DNA of 29,435 bases from Octopus sinensis (lineage: Eukaryota): contig NW_021832955.1 of assembly GCF_006345805.1 (NCBI RefSeq), positions 1 through 29,435 of the forward strand. Reading direction: 5' to 3'. Under the pieces are notes generated by a model. It saw nothing but the letters and a program-made list of their open reading frames with translations. It ran no database searches and was not told the origin of the DNA. Shown one piece after another: positions 1 through 12,419 of the stretch (position 1 is its first letter; each line of letters starts with the position of its first letter). The translations under genes were made by a program, and so were the position numbers.

Positions 1-109
1 GAAGCTCGAAACTCATATCAAAGTAACTCACGGGGTAAACATTATTATTCAGATTAAAATAGAAATTATCCCCCGCCCTCCAAAACACCATCTTACTCAT
101 TTTCAAATA

Positions 110-144
110 TACATATTTTATATATATATATATTAGTATGTATA

Positions 145-195
<51 letters not shown>

Positions 196-296
196 GTTAT
201 ATGTATGTATGTATGTAGTCTGTATGTATATGTATGATACATACATACATACATACAACATACATACATACATACATACACGCTCACATAATCGTA
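110..296. repeat. Compound (TA)n / (TATG)n / (CATA)n microsatellite
   Basis: Directly visible simple repeats; the ORF 93..299 is only their translation. Confidence 0.95.
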
Positions 297-629
297 CATA
301 TGTTAACCAATCACTACTAACATGACCTTCGGGTTCAAGATCCCAGCAATCCAGCGCCTTGAACTTTGCTAAAAACTATCACAGTAAATATATATTGAAT
401 TAGAGGTTATGATGTTTGTTATGAAAAGTTTATTTCTAATAAAGATTCTACCAGGTTTAAGAAAGCGTTCTTTTGTTGTAAGTATTGGATAATACGTTAG
501 CACAAAGGTTTGCGAATTTGCAAACAGTAAAAAGTAAATAGTAAAACAATTTGCAAAAGACTGTGAAGTGTACTGAAATTATGTGTTAATACAAATGAAC
601 ACACACTAAATACATTTAAGGAACGACAT

Positions 630-833
630 TAGTTTCAAGCTTTGGCACAAGGTCAGCATTTTCAGGGAAGGGGATAAGACGATTACATTGAACCCCAGTG
701 TTCAACTGGTATTTATTTTATCGAACTTGAAAGGATGAAAGGCAAAGTCGACCTCGGTGACATTTGAAGTCAGAACGTTAAGACGAATGAAGTGCCAACA
801 AGTATTCTACTCGGTGTGTTAACGATTCTGCCA
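630..833 (-). mobile_element. tRNA-derived SINE, family A (tail alpha), diverged
   Basis: Minus strand reads TGGCAGAATCGTT (A-box-like) ... GACTTCAAATGTC (B-box-like) ... GCCTTTCATCCTTTCAAGTTCGATAAAATAAATACCAG. Homologous to copies at 26391-26560 and 27200-27430. Confidence 0.8.
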
Positions 834-2634
834 AGAGCGACATTACCTACACATTTAGTATTTTCAGCCTAACAGAAAAATATAGTTACTAACTTAACTG
901 TTGTTAACTTGAATGATATTACTCCATATTTAACTTCTAACTTAGATAAAAATCTTTAGAAAGTCTAATGAAAAAATCACTTATATTAACAGAGAATCAT
1001 TTCACCCAAACATACTTTTAAGACCTTAATAACTGATATAACTAGGAGGATTTCTAATTTGTCTTCAAATAAAGAACTCTTTGTTAAAATAGACTCCTGT
1101 TGCGATAATGCTTTATTGTAAAAGAACCGAAACAGGTAGATTGACGGATAAACTTACCAGCTCACCTAAAATCCCACTTCCAAAAATTTGCTGGCCCATT
1201 GGAAGCACCCTTACATAGGACGCACCACTTATTTTACAAGGATATTTTGCAGAAAATAACGATTTTAGAATGTTTCGTCATACATTTATTGAAAGATATT
1301 TTAAAGTAGTTTCGATAGTCGTTGATAGTCGTATCTGTGCTGATATAGTGATTACGCTGAGTGGACGTTATAACGCGCCAACCGTTTGAGGATAACATTG
1401 TACGACTGGATGTCATACAGTGCCAGATAGAACCATTCTATCGACGGCTTCGGAATATAACAATATTTGTCAGAGCGACAACCATCGTCAAAAGACAGAT
1501 GCAACAGTGGAATAAGACCGCTTTACAATAAGTATATAAACAATACATAAGCATGGCTGAAGGGAAGTTCAAGCAAGAATTTACACATGTACTATTTTCC
1601 TTTTGACACACCAACAAGACAAAGTGACAAAGTTATATATTAATCTATTGAAGGAAAAGTTTCAAATTAAAACCTCAAATTGAAAATTATTGAAAGAGTA
1701 AAACTTCACAAGGATAGAAATGAAAGGTGTAGTCTTTGCACAGCAGAGCAGAGATTCAGATAAAAAGGCAAGTCTTCATAACTATGATCTCTATTTGAAT
1801 GTCATATCAGATATTTTCAGGAAGGGCATGAACATTGAGATATATTTGTTATATAACTGGATACCACCTCTATCTGATTAAATCCATCCAAGGACATAGA
1901 AACTAATGCATATACGCGAACAAGTGCAAGCGTTTTATTTTTTCACTATTCATATTTTATAATTCTCTTACTTTCACTACCTACATTTTCTTTTGGTTTC
2001 TTTTATTTACCCTTCCTGTTAATGCTGAATTTATGATTCACAAGTCTTTACTCTTCGTATTTTAACCTATTTGTTTAGTAATTTTTTTTATCTATTTTTG
2101 ATTTATTAACGTTGGATACTAGCACTTGAAATCCATTGCATATATAATAGGAAATAAACCATTTCTACTAGCTAGGACTTATGCACTAACGTAAATGGTT
2201 TATTTGTCAAAATAACATTTTGCAGAAGTTCAGAAGAATAAAGAATTACTCTGATGACTGTCTGTAAGTACAATAAAAAATCTGTATTATTAGTTTTTAG
2301 AAATATACTTTACATATTTGTACTGTGGGCTATATAAGTGCCTTTCTAAACGAATGATAGCATAAAAATTGAACCTATATAGCCTACCTCGAACCCAAAA
2401 AGATTGTCACTTAAAACTTAGAACGATGACCGAAACGAAACGGATAAACAAGCATTAAAACAATGTTTACGAAATGAAAATATTAAGATAAAACCGGTCA
2501 TAAACTATTGCTTATTAAAGCTTTGAAATAACGAAACGGAATAAGATAAAACAAAAATATCATTGCACTAGCGTCAAATGAATAACAAACCAGTTAAAAT
2601 TACTAACAGCGTAAGGAAAAATCACTAACTATGA

Positions 2635-3158
2635 TTAGTTAGTTAGTTAGTTAGTTAATTTGGCTCAAAAGCAAATAGCAAGGCCATGTAGGGGGACATG
2701 GAGTTAAGTACAGGGTGGTGTTCATGTAAAGAGTTCAGGCCACTTGAGGTCAAGGGAGGCTTTGAACAAAGCGGTCGTCGGCATCTTCACCATCTCGTCT
2801 GGCAGCTTGTTCCACGGATCCGCAACCCGGACGGAGAAGGCTCCTCTCCTTCGATTGAGATGAAATCGTCGCAGGTAGAGCTTTTCGGAGTGACCCCGCA
2901 GCCGACGCTCTGGAGCAGGAGTGAAGAACAGCTCTTTCGAGAGGTTACACTTTCCGCTTATGATGTTGTGGGCGAGAATGAGATCACCACGGCGGCGGCG
3001 TTTTTCAAGAGAATAAAGGTCGAGCGTCCTCAGCCTTTCTTCGTAGGACAAATTTTTGAGACCATGAACCATGCGGGTAGCCAGCTTCTGGACTCTTTCG
3101 AGATGCTGTATGTCTTTGAGGAGATAAGGAGAAGAGGCTTGAATCCCATACTCCAATT
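2635..3158 (-). mobile_element. CR1/L2-group LINE, 5'-truncated 3' end (ORF2 C-terminus, 3' UTR, (TAAC)n tail)
   Basis: Open frame 2722..3156 reads LEYGIQASSPY...LERVQKLATRMV...YEERLRTLDLYSLEKRRRRGDLI...LRGHSEKL...FSVRVADPWNKLP...FKASLD, the typical CR1-type ORF2 C-terminus. It is followed by a short UTR and about five TAAC units. GC is higher than in the flanks. Confidence 0.9.
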
Positions 3159-3889
3159 ACCCCCCAACTAGCTAAAATACGTCTTGTTACCTATAATTTC
3201 AAGACTAGCTAAATCCTGTGACTATTCTACAACACAGCCTAGTTCAAAAAACATAAAGTGTGGCTTTATCGGAAGTATAGAGAGCGACAAATACAAGGGG
3301 ACACAAACACTTTAAAACTAACGAGGCTTCCATCACAAACACATTAGGGTGATAAACACTTATTGATGAAACAAGAATTACTAAATACTACGTAGATTTA
3401 GTATAAGATTGCAATATGATATAAAATTTAATATAAAACTGTTTGAGTAAACCTATATTTTCAATAACATTCTGCTTGTACAGGCAATAATGAAAGTTTT
3501 TTTATTAATAATTTATGTTGATAACCTTAGCTTACCATATGCTTCATTAATTGTCTTACTCTGTATATAAATCAACAACATATATCGCTTTACCTATTAA
3601 CCCAAATGGAAAACACTACACCCTATTCTAATTGGATTTCAGCTCGATAAGAAGGCCTTAAAATTAAAGTTAGCAGTCATATTCTTAGAATATTATTCAG
3701 TAATATTTAAATAATTAACTACATCCACAGCAACATCATTTCTGCTTGATTCCGGCCAGATTGCTTGGATATATTCTACCAATTAACAGTTACAAAAAAA
3801 CTGTAATTGAGAACAAAAATATTGTCTTTGTATCTACAACAAACTCCAAACTGTTACACCAAACCCAGTTTTTTCTTCCAGCATAATTT

Positions 3890-3908
3890 GCTGCTGCTGC
3901 TGCTGTTG

Positions 3909-3963
<55 letters not shown>

Positions 3964-3964
3964 C

Positions 3965-4017
<53 letters not shown>

Positions 4018-4038
4018 AACACACACACACACACACAC
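3890..4038. repeat. Compound triplet repeat (CTG)n-(CTA)n-(CCA)n-(CTA)n followed by (CA)n
   Basis: Directly visible; produces the poly-L/V/S/G ORFs. Confidence 0.95.
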
Positions 4039-4114
4039 GCATAACTTCATCTGTCCGCAATTCTTCTTAAGTGTAATTTGTTGATGGGCTATCATGAGAT
4101 ATAATTAAGATTAT

Positions 4115-4218
4115 ACAGACACACACATATATATATGTAATATATGTGAGTATATATATATATATTATATATATGGTGTGTGTGTATATGCTTATGTAGA
4201 TATATATATATATATATA

Positions 4219-4255
<37 letters not shown>

Positions 4256-4376
4256 ACAAACACATACATACACACACACACACATATATATATATTATAT
4301 ATATATATATACATACATGTATTTATGTGTGTCTGTGTGTGCATGCGTGTACGTACGTATGTATATAGTGTAAATA
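4115..4376. repeat. (TA)n/(TG)n/(CA)n microsatellite cluster
   Basis: Directly visible. Confidence 0.95.
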
Positions 4377-4624
4377 TCTAATGATGCTTTATTTAGATGA
4401 TATCTATTTCATTAGGAATGTAAATAAGTACAGGCAGAGAATTAGTCCATTAGTACTTTGTGCCTGCGTTCACAGTGTAGACATTTACTTGAACAGTGTG
4501 ACTGATTTTGCAACAGAATAACACCATTGAATGCCTATCTGTTTTATATATATACTCATCGCCTGAAGAAGATAGTTTGGGTACAAATGCTATATTATGT
4601 ACATATGAGCCTGTATGATTGCGA

Positions 4625-4713
4625 GCGTGAGTATGTGTGTGCGTGCGTGCGCGTGTGTGTATGTTTGTGTGTGTGTGTGTGTGTGTATGTGTGTGTGTGT
4701 GTGCGCGCGGCGC

Positions 4714-4746
<33 letters not shown>

Positions 4747-4760
4747 GTGTGGTGTGTTTG
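4625..4760. repeat. (TG)n/(CG)n microsatellite
   Basis: Directly visible. Confidence 0.95.
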
Positions 4761-4914
4761 TGGTAAGGTTATTATCCCATTAAAAGTACAGATAATTATA
4801 AGATATATTCAAACTATTTGGAAACATTTTATTCTTCAAAGAAGGGAGATTCATTAAAAAGTTATTCTGTATTTGAATTTATTTGACTTCATTTCATGAC
4901 AGCAGTAAATTTGG

Positions 4915-5045
4915 GGTTACAGCATGGCCGTGGAATTAAGAAGTTCGCTTCGCAAACATATAGTATCGAGATGGATCTTAGCGTGATATATATTGAATAA
5001 GTGCTTTGTAAGTGAAATTTGGTTGACGTAAACGGGTAGAGACAC
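4915..5045 (+). mobile_element. Highly diverged SINE family B head
   Basis: GCATGGCCGTGGAATTAAGAAGTTCGCTTCGCAAACATATAG...GTAAGTGAAATTTGGTTGACGTAAAC aligns loosely with the family B head (GGAGTGGCTGTGTGGTAAGTAGCTTGC...GTGAGTGGATTTGGTAGACGGAAAC). Confidence 0.45.
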
Positions 5046-5049
5046 AAGG

Positions 5050-5745
5050 ATGGTCTGTACCTATATTTGGGTGGTGGTTTAACACTGTCACCAAACCGTT
5101 GGGTAATTGCTGCAAAGGTTTGGGTCAAGTCACCGGTCAACTACCACTCTTCATCTCAGAAATCTCGAAGGTTTTGAAAAGGGCCATTGAGCTTACAACC
5201 CTTTTGAGTAAGCCATTAATAATATGGCTTTTGATCTTCACCGATTGGAAGTGTTATCATGTACATTGTTTGTCTTGGTATAAAAGACGGGCTACAACAA
5301 ATATTCTGCTCAATACCACAGATTTGCTTGTCAGTTGTTTGACCTTAACCGGCTGAGCATGTCCGTTGGTGGCTGACGATATGTGCATCTCTGATCACCT
5401 GTAGAAGTAGTGGGGGAGCACCATAGCCATGTGTTGAGAGGGATTCTTTGGAATTTGAATAATTCACCTCTGGAACACGGGTGTTTTGTTCATATCCTTA
5501 AAAAACCTTTATTCAAGGACCATTTGAGCGGAATGGGCTACCCGACCCGAAGAAAATTTTAACTGGGGCCCACATGCAAGGCCATGTACTATTTATCTTG
5601 ATATACGATCACCATGTCGCGCACATATGGTTGTGATGCGTGTGCCTGGTGTACCCTTATCAGACGGATAATCATAATGTGCATATTGGGCTTCGTATAT
5701 TTTACCCCAATGTCACTTTAATGGCATGCACTGCTCTCTCACTCA
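5050..5745 (+). mobile_element. Unclassified retroposon-like 3' segment ending in an (AAT)n tail
   Basis: About 700 bp of complex sequence, more GC-rich than its flanks, with no convincing ORF. It ends at CTGCTCTCTCACTC and runs directly into a long (AAT)n tract. The retroposon call is inference. Confidence 0.45.
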
Positions 5746-5850
5746 ATCATAATATAATAATAATATAATAATAATAATTAATAATAATAATAATAATAAT
5801 AAAAAATTAATAATAAAATAATAATATAATAATAATAATAATAATAAAAT

Positions 5851-5883
<33 letters not shown>

Positions 5884-5888
5884 AATTA

Positions 5889-5986
<98 letters not shown>

Positions 5987-6036
5987 TTAATAATAATAAT
6001 AATAATAATAATGATAATAATAATAATAATAATAAT
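5745..6036. repeat. (AAT)n tract, about 290 bp, with recurring AAAATT interruptions
   Basis: Directly visible. Confidence 0.95.
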
Positions 6037-7953
6037 ATACGCATCCATACACGAATTCATACACACAGTATGATTAACGCAACGGGAAATTCGAACAACT
6101 AAATGTGAGGTACCAGTTGCAATAATCGTAGACATGTCTTCCCCCTCGGCATTCTAGAGTGTTCCTCACCTGTACCTGTGAACACTATACACATCCACAC
6201 ACATACAGAAATATATTCACATGTATATTTATATATATATATATATTCATATATGTACACACGACCGCACGCGCGCACATATACACGTCTATATCACTCA
6301 CTGTATGCATATGAGCAACAACGTTATCTATGATTTATAAATATCATATTCCGTTTATTTTAACTTCTCACTGTTACCCTACTTTATGTCTGTTTTCCGG
6401 TTCGTTACACTCTAATGAATGGAGCTAAAATTCTTTAATAATAATAAAAAAAGAAAATTACTACAGTTAGTCGCGAACTCGGGACCTACGAGTCGGTAGT
6501 CAACGAACATATTAATAAGATATCACACCCACAACCCCACCTTACTAAACCTGGAAACAAAAAAGTTTTTTTTTATATATATTAATAAGACATGTATATC
6601 ACATACGAGTTCTGTTCATAGTCAGTGTAGCATAAACGATTCTACCTGAAAGTATTTTCATGGAGTAAAGCTGATGAGAAATATATTAAATGAATAGTTT
6701 ATTTGTTTGGATAACTAGTTAGATAATTAGCTGGTTAGTTAAGTATGTAGTTATGCAACTAGATATGTAACTAGTACGTAACTATGTAGATAGATAATAA
6801 ATTACTTCTTCAAGTAGGTTATTAGTTATAGCACAGGAGAACTGGCAGTTTAGTTTATGAAGTAGCAAAATATTTATTTGCTTGGTTAATCAGCTAGGAT
6901 ATTAAACAGATGTTGAGTAATTTGATTCCTTCTTTACGTATGTTCAAATAATACGATTTATGTTTATTCTATGGTTTACCAATTCTTCGCTATCGTCGAT
7001 GTGATAACCTCTTCATCATGTGACAGTAGGTGAAGAGAGAAACAAATACTTTCGTTGGTTGATGCAACCTATCAATTAAGCCTTATCAAAATTTACCACC
7101 TACTTAATAAATGACAATGTTAGATGAAAAAAAATGTGGTATATGATAAAACAATGAATTTATTTTCTGCTGCTGAGAGTACATAATAATCATGTTATTA
7201 GATATGGTAGATATACTTGTAACACCAGCCAATATTTGTAATTTTTTAAAACCATCTCAAAGGTGGAGGATTGTGAGAAGGTCTAACGATGTTTGAGAGA
7301 AGACTTAACAGAGGTTGCGTGAAAACTTTAGACGTCTAATAACAATAAAATGGTTGAAGATGAAACAGACAAAACGAGAAAAGAAATACCAAATTTCCAA
7401 TTCTATTATAGCTAATTTATTTTAATTAAGTAAAATTATTGATTAAAATCATCATGAACGAGATCACAGATATAAAAGATAAAACTCGTTACTACCTGTA
7501 CAATAAGAAGTGGAAATTCAGAGAAAATATGGATACAAAAATTAATGTCCCTGACCCATATAAATAAACATCTCCAAGAAAGTGAAGTTCACACATCCCA
7601 TTGTGTGAGAGACTGGTGACTTCTAATATCATTTTAAGCTAGGTCCCATATTCGGAATCAAACCATTGCTATTTTAGAATCTAAGCAAACGTTACACTAT
7701 GCTTCATTGTATTTGAACAAACATCAATGTCTGATGTAGTAACTCTTCCTTTTCCATCACACATACTGTTTCATATTCCCAAGACTGTAGTAAAACAATT
7801 TCATTCAACCCTTCTTTTCACATATTTACATCCCTTGGAAATTAGATTTCATGTCTATTTAAACCCCATTTATTAAGTTGCAGCAAATTAAAACTGAACA
7901 ATAACCGGATTAATATCATACATGTATAGAAGGTATCTCTGTATCGTCTAAAA

Positions 7954-8172
7954 CAGTGCTTTTCAAACTTTTTGCTGGAGCGGAACCCCAAGGAAACATT
8001 CCACTGGCTCGGGGAACCCCTATGCAATAATTTAATAGTCTTATGCACACATATCTGCACAGGAAAATTAAAAATTACTGCCGATTTTAGCAGTTTTGTA
8101 ACTTCTTGCGGAACCCCTGGACTGTACTGGCGGAACTCTAAGGTTCCGTGGAACCCTGGTTGAAAACCACAG
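7954..8172. mobile_element. Non-autonomous hAT (Charlie-like) MITE, 219 bp
   Basis: Imperfect TIRs CAGTGCTTTTCAAAC / GTTGAAAACCACAG. Perfect 8-bp TSD GTCTAAAA at 7946-7953 and 8173-8180, resembling the NTCTAGAN preference of Charlie-type hATs. Internal GCGGAACCCC subterminal repeats. Confidence 0.88.
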
Positions 8173-8436
8173 GTCTAAAATGATAAACTAAATATCACTT
8201 TTAGTTTACGACGGTGAAACTATTTTCGTATGTAGTTCGTAAAATTCGTTTTAATGCTGCCTGTTCTCGCGACATCAGAGCTAAGTTCAATCAATTCAAA
8301 TTCTTTTTTTTTATTTATGAGCAATAACTTAGATTAATTTATAATCTACACGTATCTCCAGAGCCATCTTAGCAGCATAATAAGCCCCCGGGATAATCAA
8401 TGCACTGGGCCCTATAGTATTTATTTATTAACAGCA

Positions 8437-8842
8437 AGCGCAGGAGTGGCTGTGTGGTAAGTAGCTTGCTAACCAGCCACATGGTTCCGAGTTCAGTCCC
8501 ACTGCGTGGCATCTTGGGCAAGTGCCTTCTGCTATAGCCCCGGGCCGACCAATGCCTTGTGAGTGGATTTGGTAGACGGAAACTGATATATGTATATATA
8601 TGTATATGTATGTGTGTGTTTGTGTGTTTGTGTGTCTGTGTTTGTCCCCCTAGCATTGCTTGACAACCGATGCTGGTGTGTTTACGTCCCCGTCACTTAG
8701 CGGTTCGGCAAAAGAGACCGATAGAATGAGTACTGGGCTTACAAAGAATAAGTCCCGGGGTCGATTTGCTCGACTAAAGGCGGTGCTCCAGCATTGGCCG
8801 CAGTCAAAATGACCGAAACAAGTAAAAGAGTAAAAGAGAGAG
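8437..8842 (+). mobile_element. tRNA-derived SINE family B, full length
   Basis: A box TGGCTGTGTGG, B box AGTTCAGTCCC, internal (TA)/(TG) microsatellite, 3' hairpin GTCGATTTGCTCGAC, and (GTAAAAGA)n tail. Lacks AAGAAGCCCGTCG, which other copies have. Homologous to 11426, 14430, 25874 and 28442. Confidence 0.92.
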
Positions 8843-9289
8843 TAAGCCACAACATATGTAGCTCAGAACTGGACTCGTGAGGCCCTCAGGCAACTGCCCA
8901 GTGTAACCATAGATTAAGACGGTGCCGTATATCCCACTTCTTTCCCCCCCCCCCCTTTTTACCTCTTCCCCCGTTACTTCCTTTCTGTCTTATTGTGGGC
9001 TCGTCGTCTCGATTTGTTTCGGGTATCGGAAGTGCTAAAGATACATAAGTTGGAAGAATGTTTGTTATTATTAGATAATTACTGATTAATAACGACTATT
9101 GTACCAAATGACATACATCAAACTGTCATCTTCTGCTAAGCGCTGTTTCTCCATCTGTTTGTTGTAAGGAATTACGCACGTAAACACACACGCACTTTCT
9201 GAAGTGAAATATGTACACAGACATAGTGTGCGATATCTTCCGTTCGTACGAGAGAGTTGCGTACCACTTTAAGAATATAATACAATACA

Positions 9290-9676
9290 GGGAGGAAGCA
9301 CTCCGTCGGTTACGACGACGAGGGTTCTAGTTGATCCGATCAACGGAACAGCCTGCTCGTGAAATTAACGTGTAAGTGGCTGAGCACTCCACAGACACGT
9401 GTACCCTTAACGTAGTTCTCGGGGATATTCAGCGTGACACAGAGAGTGACAAGGCCGGCCCTTTGAAATACAGGTACAACAGAAACAGGAAGTAAGAGTG
9501 AGAGAAAGTTATGGTGAAAGAGTACAGCAGGGATCACCACCATCCCTTGCCGGAGCCTCATGGAGCTTTAGGTGTTTTCGCTCAATAAACACTCACAACG
9601 CCCGGTCTGGGAATCGAAACCGCGATCCTACGACCGCGAATCCGCTGCCCTAACCATTGGGCCATTGCGCCTCCAC
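9290..9676 (-). mobile_element. tRNA-derived SINE, head C + tail X
   Basis: Minus strand A box TGGCCCAATGG and B box GGTTTCGATTCC. TSD AATACAATACA at 9279-9289 and 9677-9687. About 14 differences from the copy at 10062-10445 by manual count. Confidence 0.92.
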
Positions 9677-9930
9677 AATACAATACAATATAACATAATA
9701 TAAGGTAATATAATATAATATAACATAAGATAATATAATATTTATGGATGGATAGATAGATAGATAGATAGATAGACAGATAGATAAGAACCTGTATGGG
9801 CTTCTTCTTTATATATCTCCCCGTAAGAGAAAAGCTCCACCACGATACTTTTCAGGTCAAAGAGCAATACTTTTTGTCACCCTCTCACTTCTTTTTTTTC
9901 TTTTGACAGCACCTTAATATAAATGCATGC

Positions 9931-9971
<41 letters not shown>

Positions 9972-10061
9972 TCACAAAGATACATACATACATACATACA
10001 TACACACATACATACATACATACATACATACATACATACATACATACATACATACATACAT

Positions 10062-10445
10062 GTGGAGGCGGAATGACCCAGTGGTTAGGGCAGCGGACTC
10101 GCGGTCATAGGATCGCGGTTTCGATTCCCAGACCGGGCGTTGTGAGTGTTTATTGAGCGAAAACACCTAAAGCTCCACGAGGCTCCGGCAGGGGATGGTG
10201 GTGATCCCTGCTGTACTCTTTCACCACAACTTTCTCTCACTCTTACTTCCTGTTTCTGTTGTACCTGTATTTCAAAGGGCCGGCCTTGTCACTCTCTGTG
10301 TCACGCTGAATATCCCCGAGAACTATGTTAAGGGTACACGTGTCTGTGGAGTGCTCAGCCACTTACACGCTAATTTCACGAGCAGGCTGTTCCGTTAATT
10401 CGGATCAACCGGAACCCTCGTCGTCGTAACCGACGGAGTGCTTCC
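10062..10445 (+). mobile_element. tRNA-derived SINE, head C + tail X
   Basis: TGACCCAGTGG (A box) and GGTTTCGATTCC (B box); ends CGTCGTAACCGACGGAGTGCTTCC plus (CA)n. Inserted within a (CATA)n tract. Confidence 0.92.
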
Positions 10446-11425
10446 ACACACACACACACACACATACATACATACATACATACATACACATACATACATA
10501 CATAATACATACATACATTCAGTAAGTGAAGAAACCTTTAGTGTCCATAGTTCTCGAGGAACAAGTTATCAATTTGCTTTGATCTTAGTAATCTTGGCTG
10601 TTAGCTCCGTAGCCTCTAGCGCGTATTTGGCTAGCAGAGTTCTATGTAGGAATAATAATGAATATTCCTATTTCAATATCCAGCCACTAGATTATACGAA
10701 ACAATAGCAACTTGTTTAATGATAGTTTCAGTAACATTAGCTGCATATGTCACATGGTGAAGAGATGTAATAAACTGAAGGTGAATAGATATTAACAGTT
10801 CAGTAAAAGAAATAATTTACAGAGAGACAACATAGAATCCGTAAACGTATACTGGATCAACCAACAATACCTCTAAATCTAGATTTACACAACACAACCA
10901 TTCATTTACATTCAGAAACAAGAGCAATAATACATCACTTTCAAAATACATGTGGTTTTTAAAGTCAGGAAAGAAAACAATGCGAGGACAAAATAGAATT
11001 TTTTTATTTTCTTTACAGAGCACGGGTATAGAATGGTCACAATAACTACAATTATTCATGCGCAATCGAAAAACTTAAGATTCCAGTCCTCCCCGGTGAT
11101 ATCCAGAATATGAGGAGAGAACATTTTCTTCAACTCTTTATGTAAAGAAATACAAGCATGAAACCTTCAAGTATATTCTTGGGTCAGTGCCTCTTGAATT
11201 GCAAACAAGTTGAATCTACCGATGACGCTTATGTTGCTGAGGAAGTTTATGCAGAAATCTGAAGCTAACGTATTATCATATCAAAGGAAGTTTGATTCCT
11301 TGTCCTTCAGAAGAATAAGTTATGTATTTTTGTTTATTACATGAGAAGTTTTTGTTGTTGTGAATTAACATCGCCAACACGTGACTAACGTAAAATTTCG
11401 GTGCTATGTTAGATTTGGTAACTAT

Positions 11426-11834
11426 CTTTTACTCTTTTACTTGTTTCAGTCATTTGACTGCGGCCATGCTGGAGCACCGCCTTTAGTCGAGCAACTCGAC
11501 CCCGGGACTTATTCTTTTTTGTAAGCCCAGTACTTATTCTATCGGTCTGTTTTGCCGAACCGCTAAGTAACGGGGACATAAACACACCAGCATCGGTTGT
11601 CAAGCAATCTAGGGGGACACAACGCACTCACACAACACACACACAGCACGCATAATATATATATACATATATACGACGGGCTTCTTTCAGTTTCCGTCTA
11701 CCAAATCCACTCACAAGGCTTTGGTCGGCCCGAGGCTTAGTAGAAGACACTTTCCCCAGGTGCCACCCATGGGACTAAACCCGGAACCATGTGGTTGGTA
11801 AACGAGCTACTTACCACACAGCCACTCCTGCGCC
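11426..11834 (-). mobile_element. tRNA-derived SINE family B, full length
   Basis: Reverse complement aligns end to end with 8437-8842 and 28442-28848. Confidence 0.92.
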
Positions 11835-12139
11835 AATTTAAGTTTAGTTTTTTTTTGTTTTTTATTACAGATCATCGATTGTTGTCTAAACCAATTGTGA
11901 AACTCCGAGAGCAGCTTAAAGCATAAATGGAATAATGAATAAGCATAATTATAGTTTTTCATTGTATTGAGTACTTTTCTCGATGACTGATATAAACAAC
12001 ACATACGCGCACACACACACTTATTCTGGCGGTCTCTCTTTCAAAACCGCTATGTTGTTGGTATGTAAACACACCACCACAGCTTGTTAAACACACACGC
12101 GCGCGCGTTCATGTGTATATGGGTGTGTCCGCTTGTGGT

Positions 12140-12415
12140 TCCATCTACCAAGGCCACTCTCAAAGTTTTGGCCAGTCCGAGGATACAGTAGATGATTCTT
12201 ACCCAAGGTGTCACGTAATGGGACTGAACACGGAACCATGTGGTTTGGAATCCTTTACTTGTTTCACTCATGCCTACATACAGCTTTATAGGGTCCAGTC
12301 GAACAAATCGACCCAAGTATTTATTTTTGAAGCTTGAGATTTATTCTATCAGTCTATTTTGCTGAACTGCTATTAAGGGGACGTAAACGAACTAACACCG
12401 AGACAAACAGTAACA
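12140..12415 (-). mobile_element. Two adjacent diverged SINE family B fragments (head 12140-12275; 3' part 12285-12415)
   Basis: Contains CAAGGTGTCACGTAATGGGACTGAACACGGAACCATGTGG and GTCGAACAAATCGACCC...TTATTCTATCAGTC, matching family B on the minus strand. Confidence 0.65.
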
Positions 12416-12419
12416 CGAA

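Noticed and set aside
1150-1520. Possible pogo/Tigger-like transposon end (GCACCCTTACATAGGACGCACC) and a splice-donor pair on the minus strand
   Set aside because: Only a short motif resemblance. No TIR pair, no TA TSD and no convincing transposase translation.
2698-3171. 157-aa plus-strand ORF
   Set aside because: Antisense shadow of the CR1-type ORF2 on the minus strand.
6405-6440. CTAATGA...: possible 5' half of another hammerhead
   Set aside because: Core mismatch, and no GAAA, helix III or matching helix I strand.
6671-6690. CTGATGAGAAA, hammerhead core motifs back to back
   Set aside because: No helix II and no complementary helix I.
8870-8930. Possible single MITE terminus (minus strand CGGCACCGTCTTAATC...GGGCAGTTGCCTGAGGGCC)
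   Set aside because: No partner TIR or TSD found.
11232-11272. CTGAGGA...GAAA with a weak flanking stem
   Set aside because: No NUH triplet at the required position, and helices II and III do not pair.
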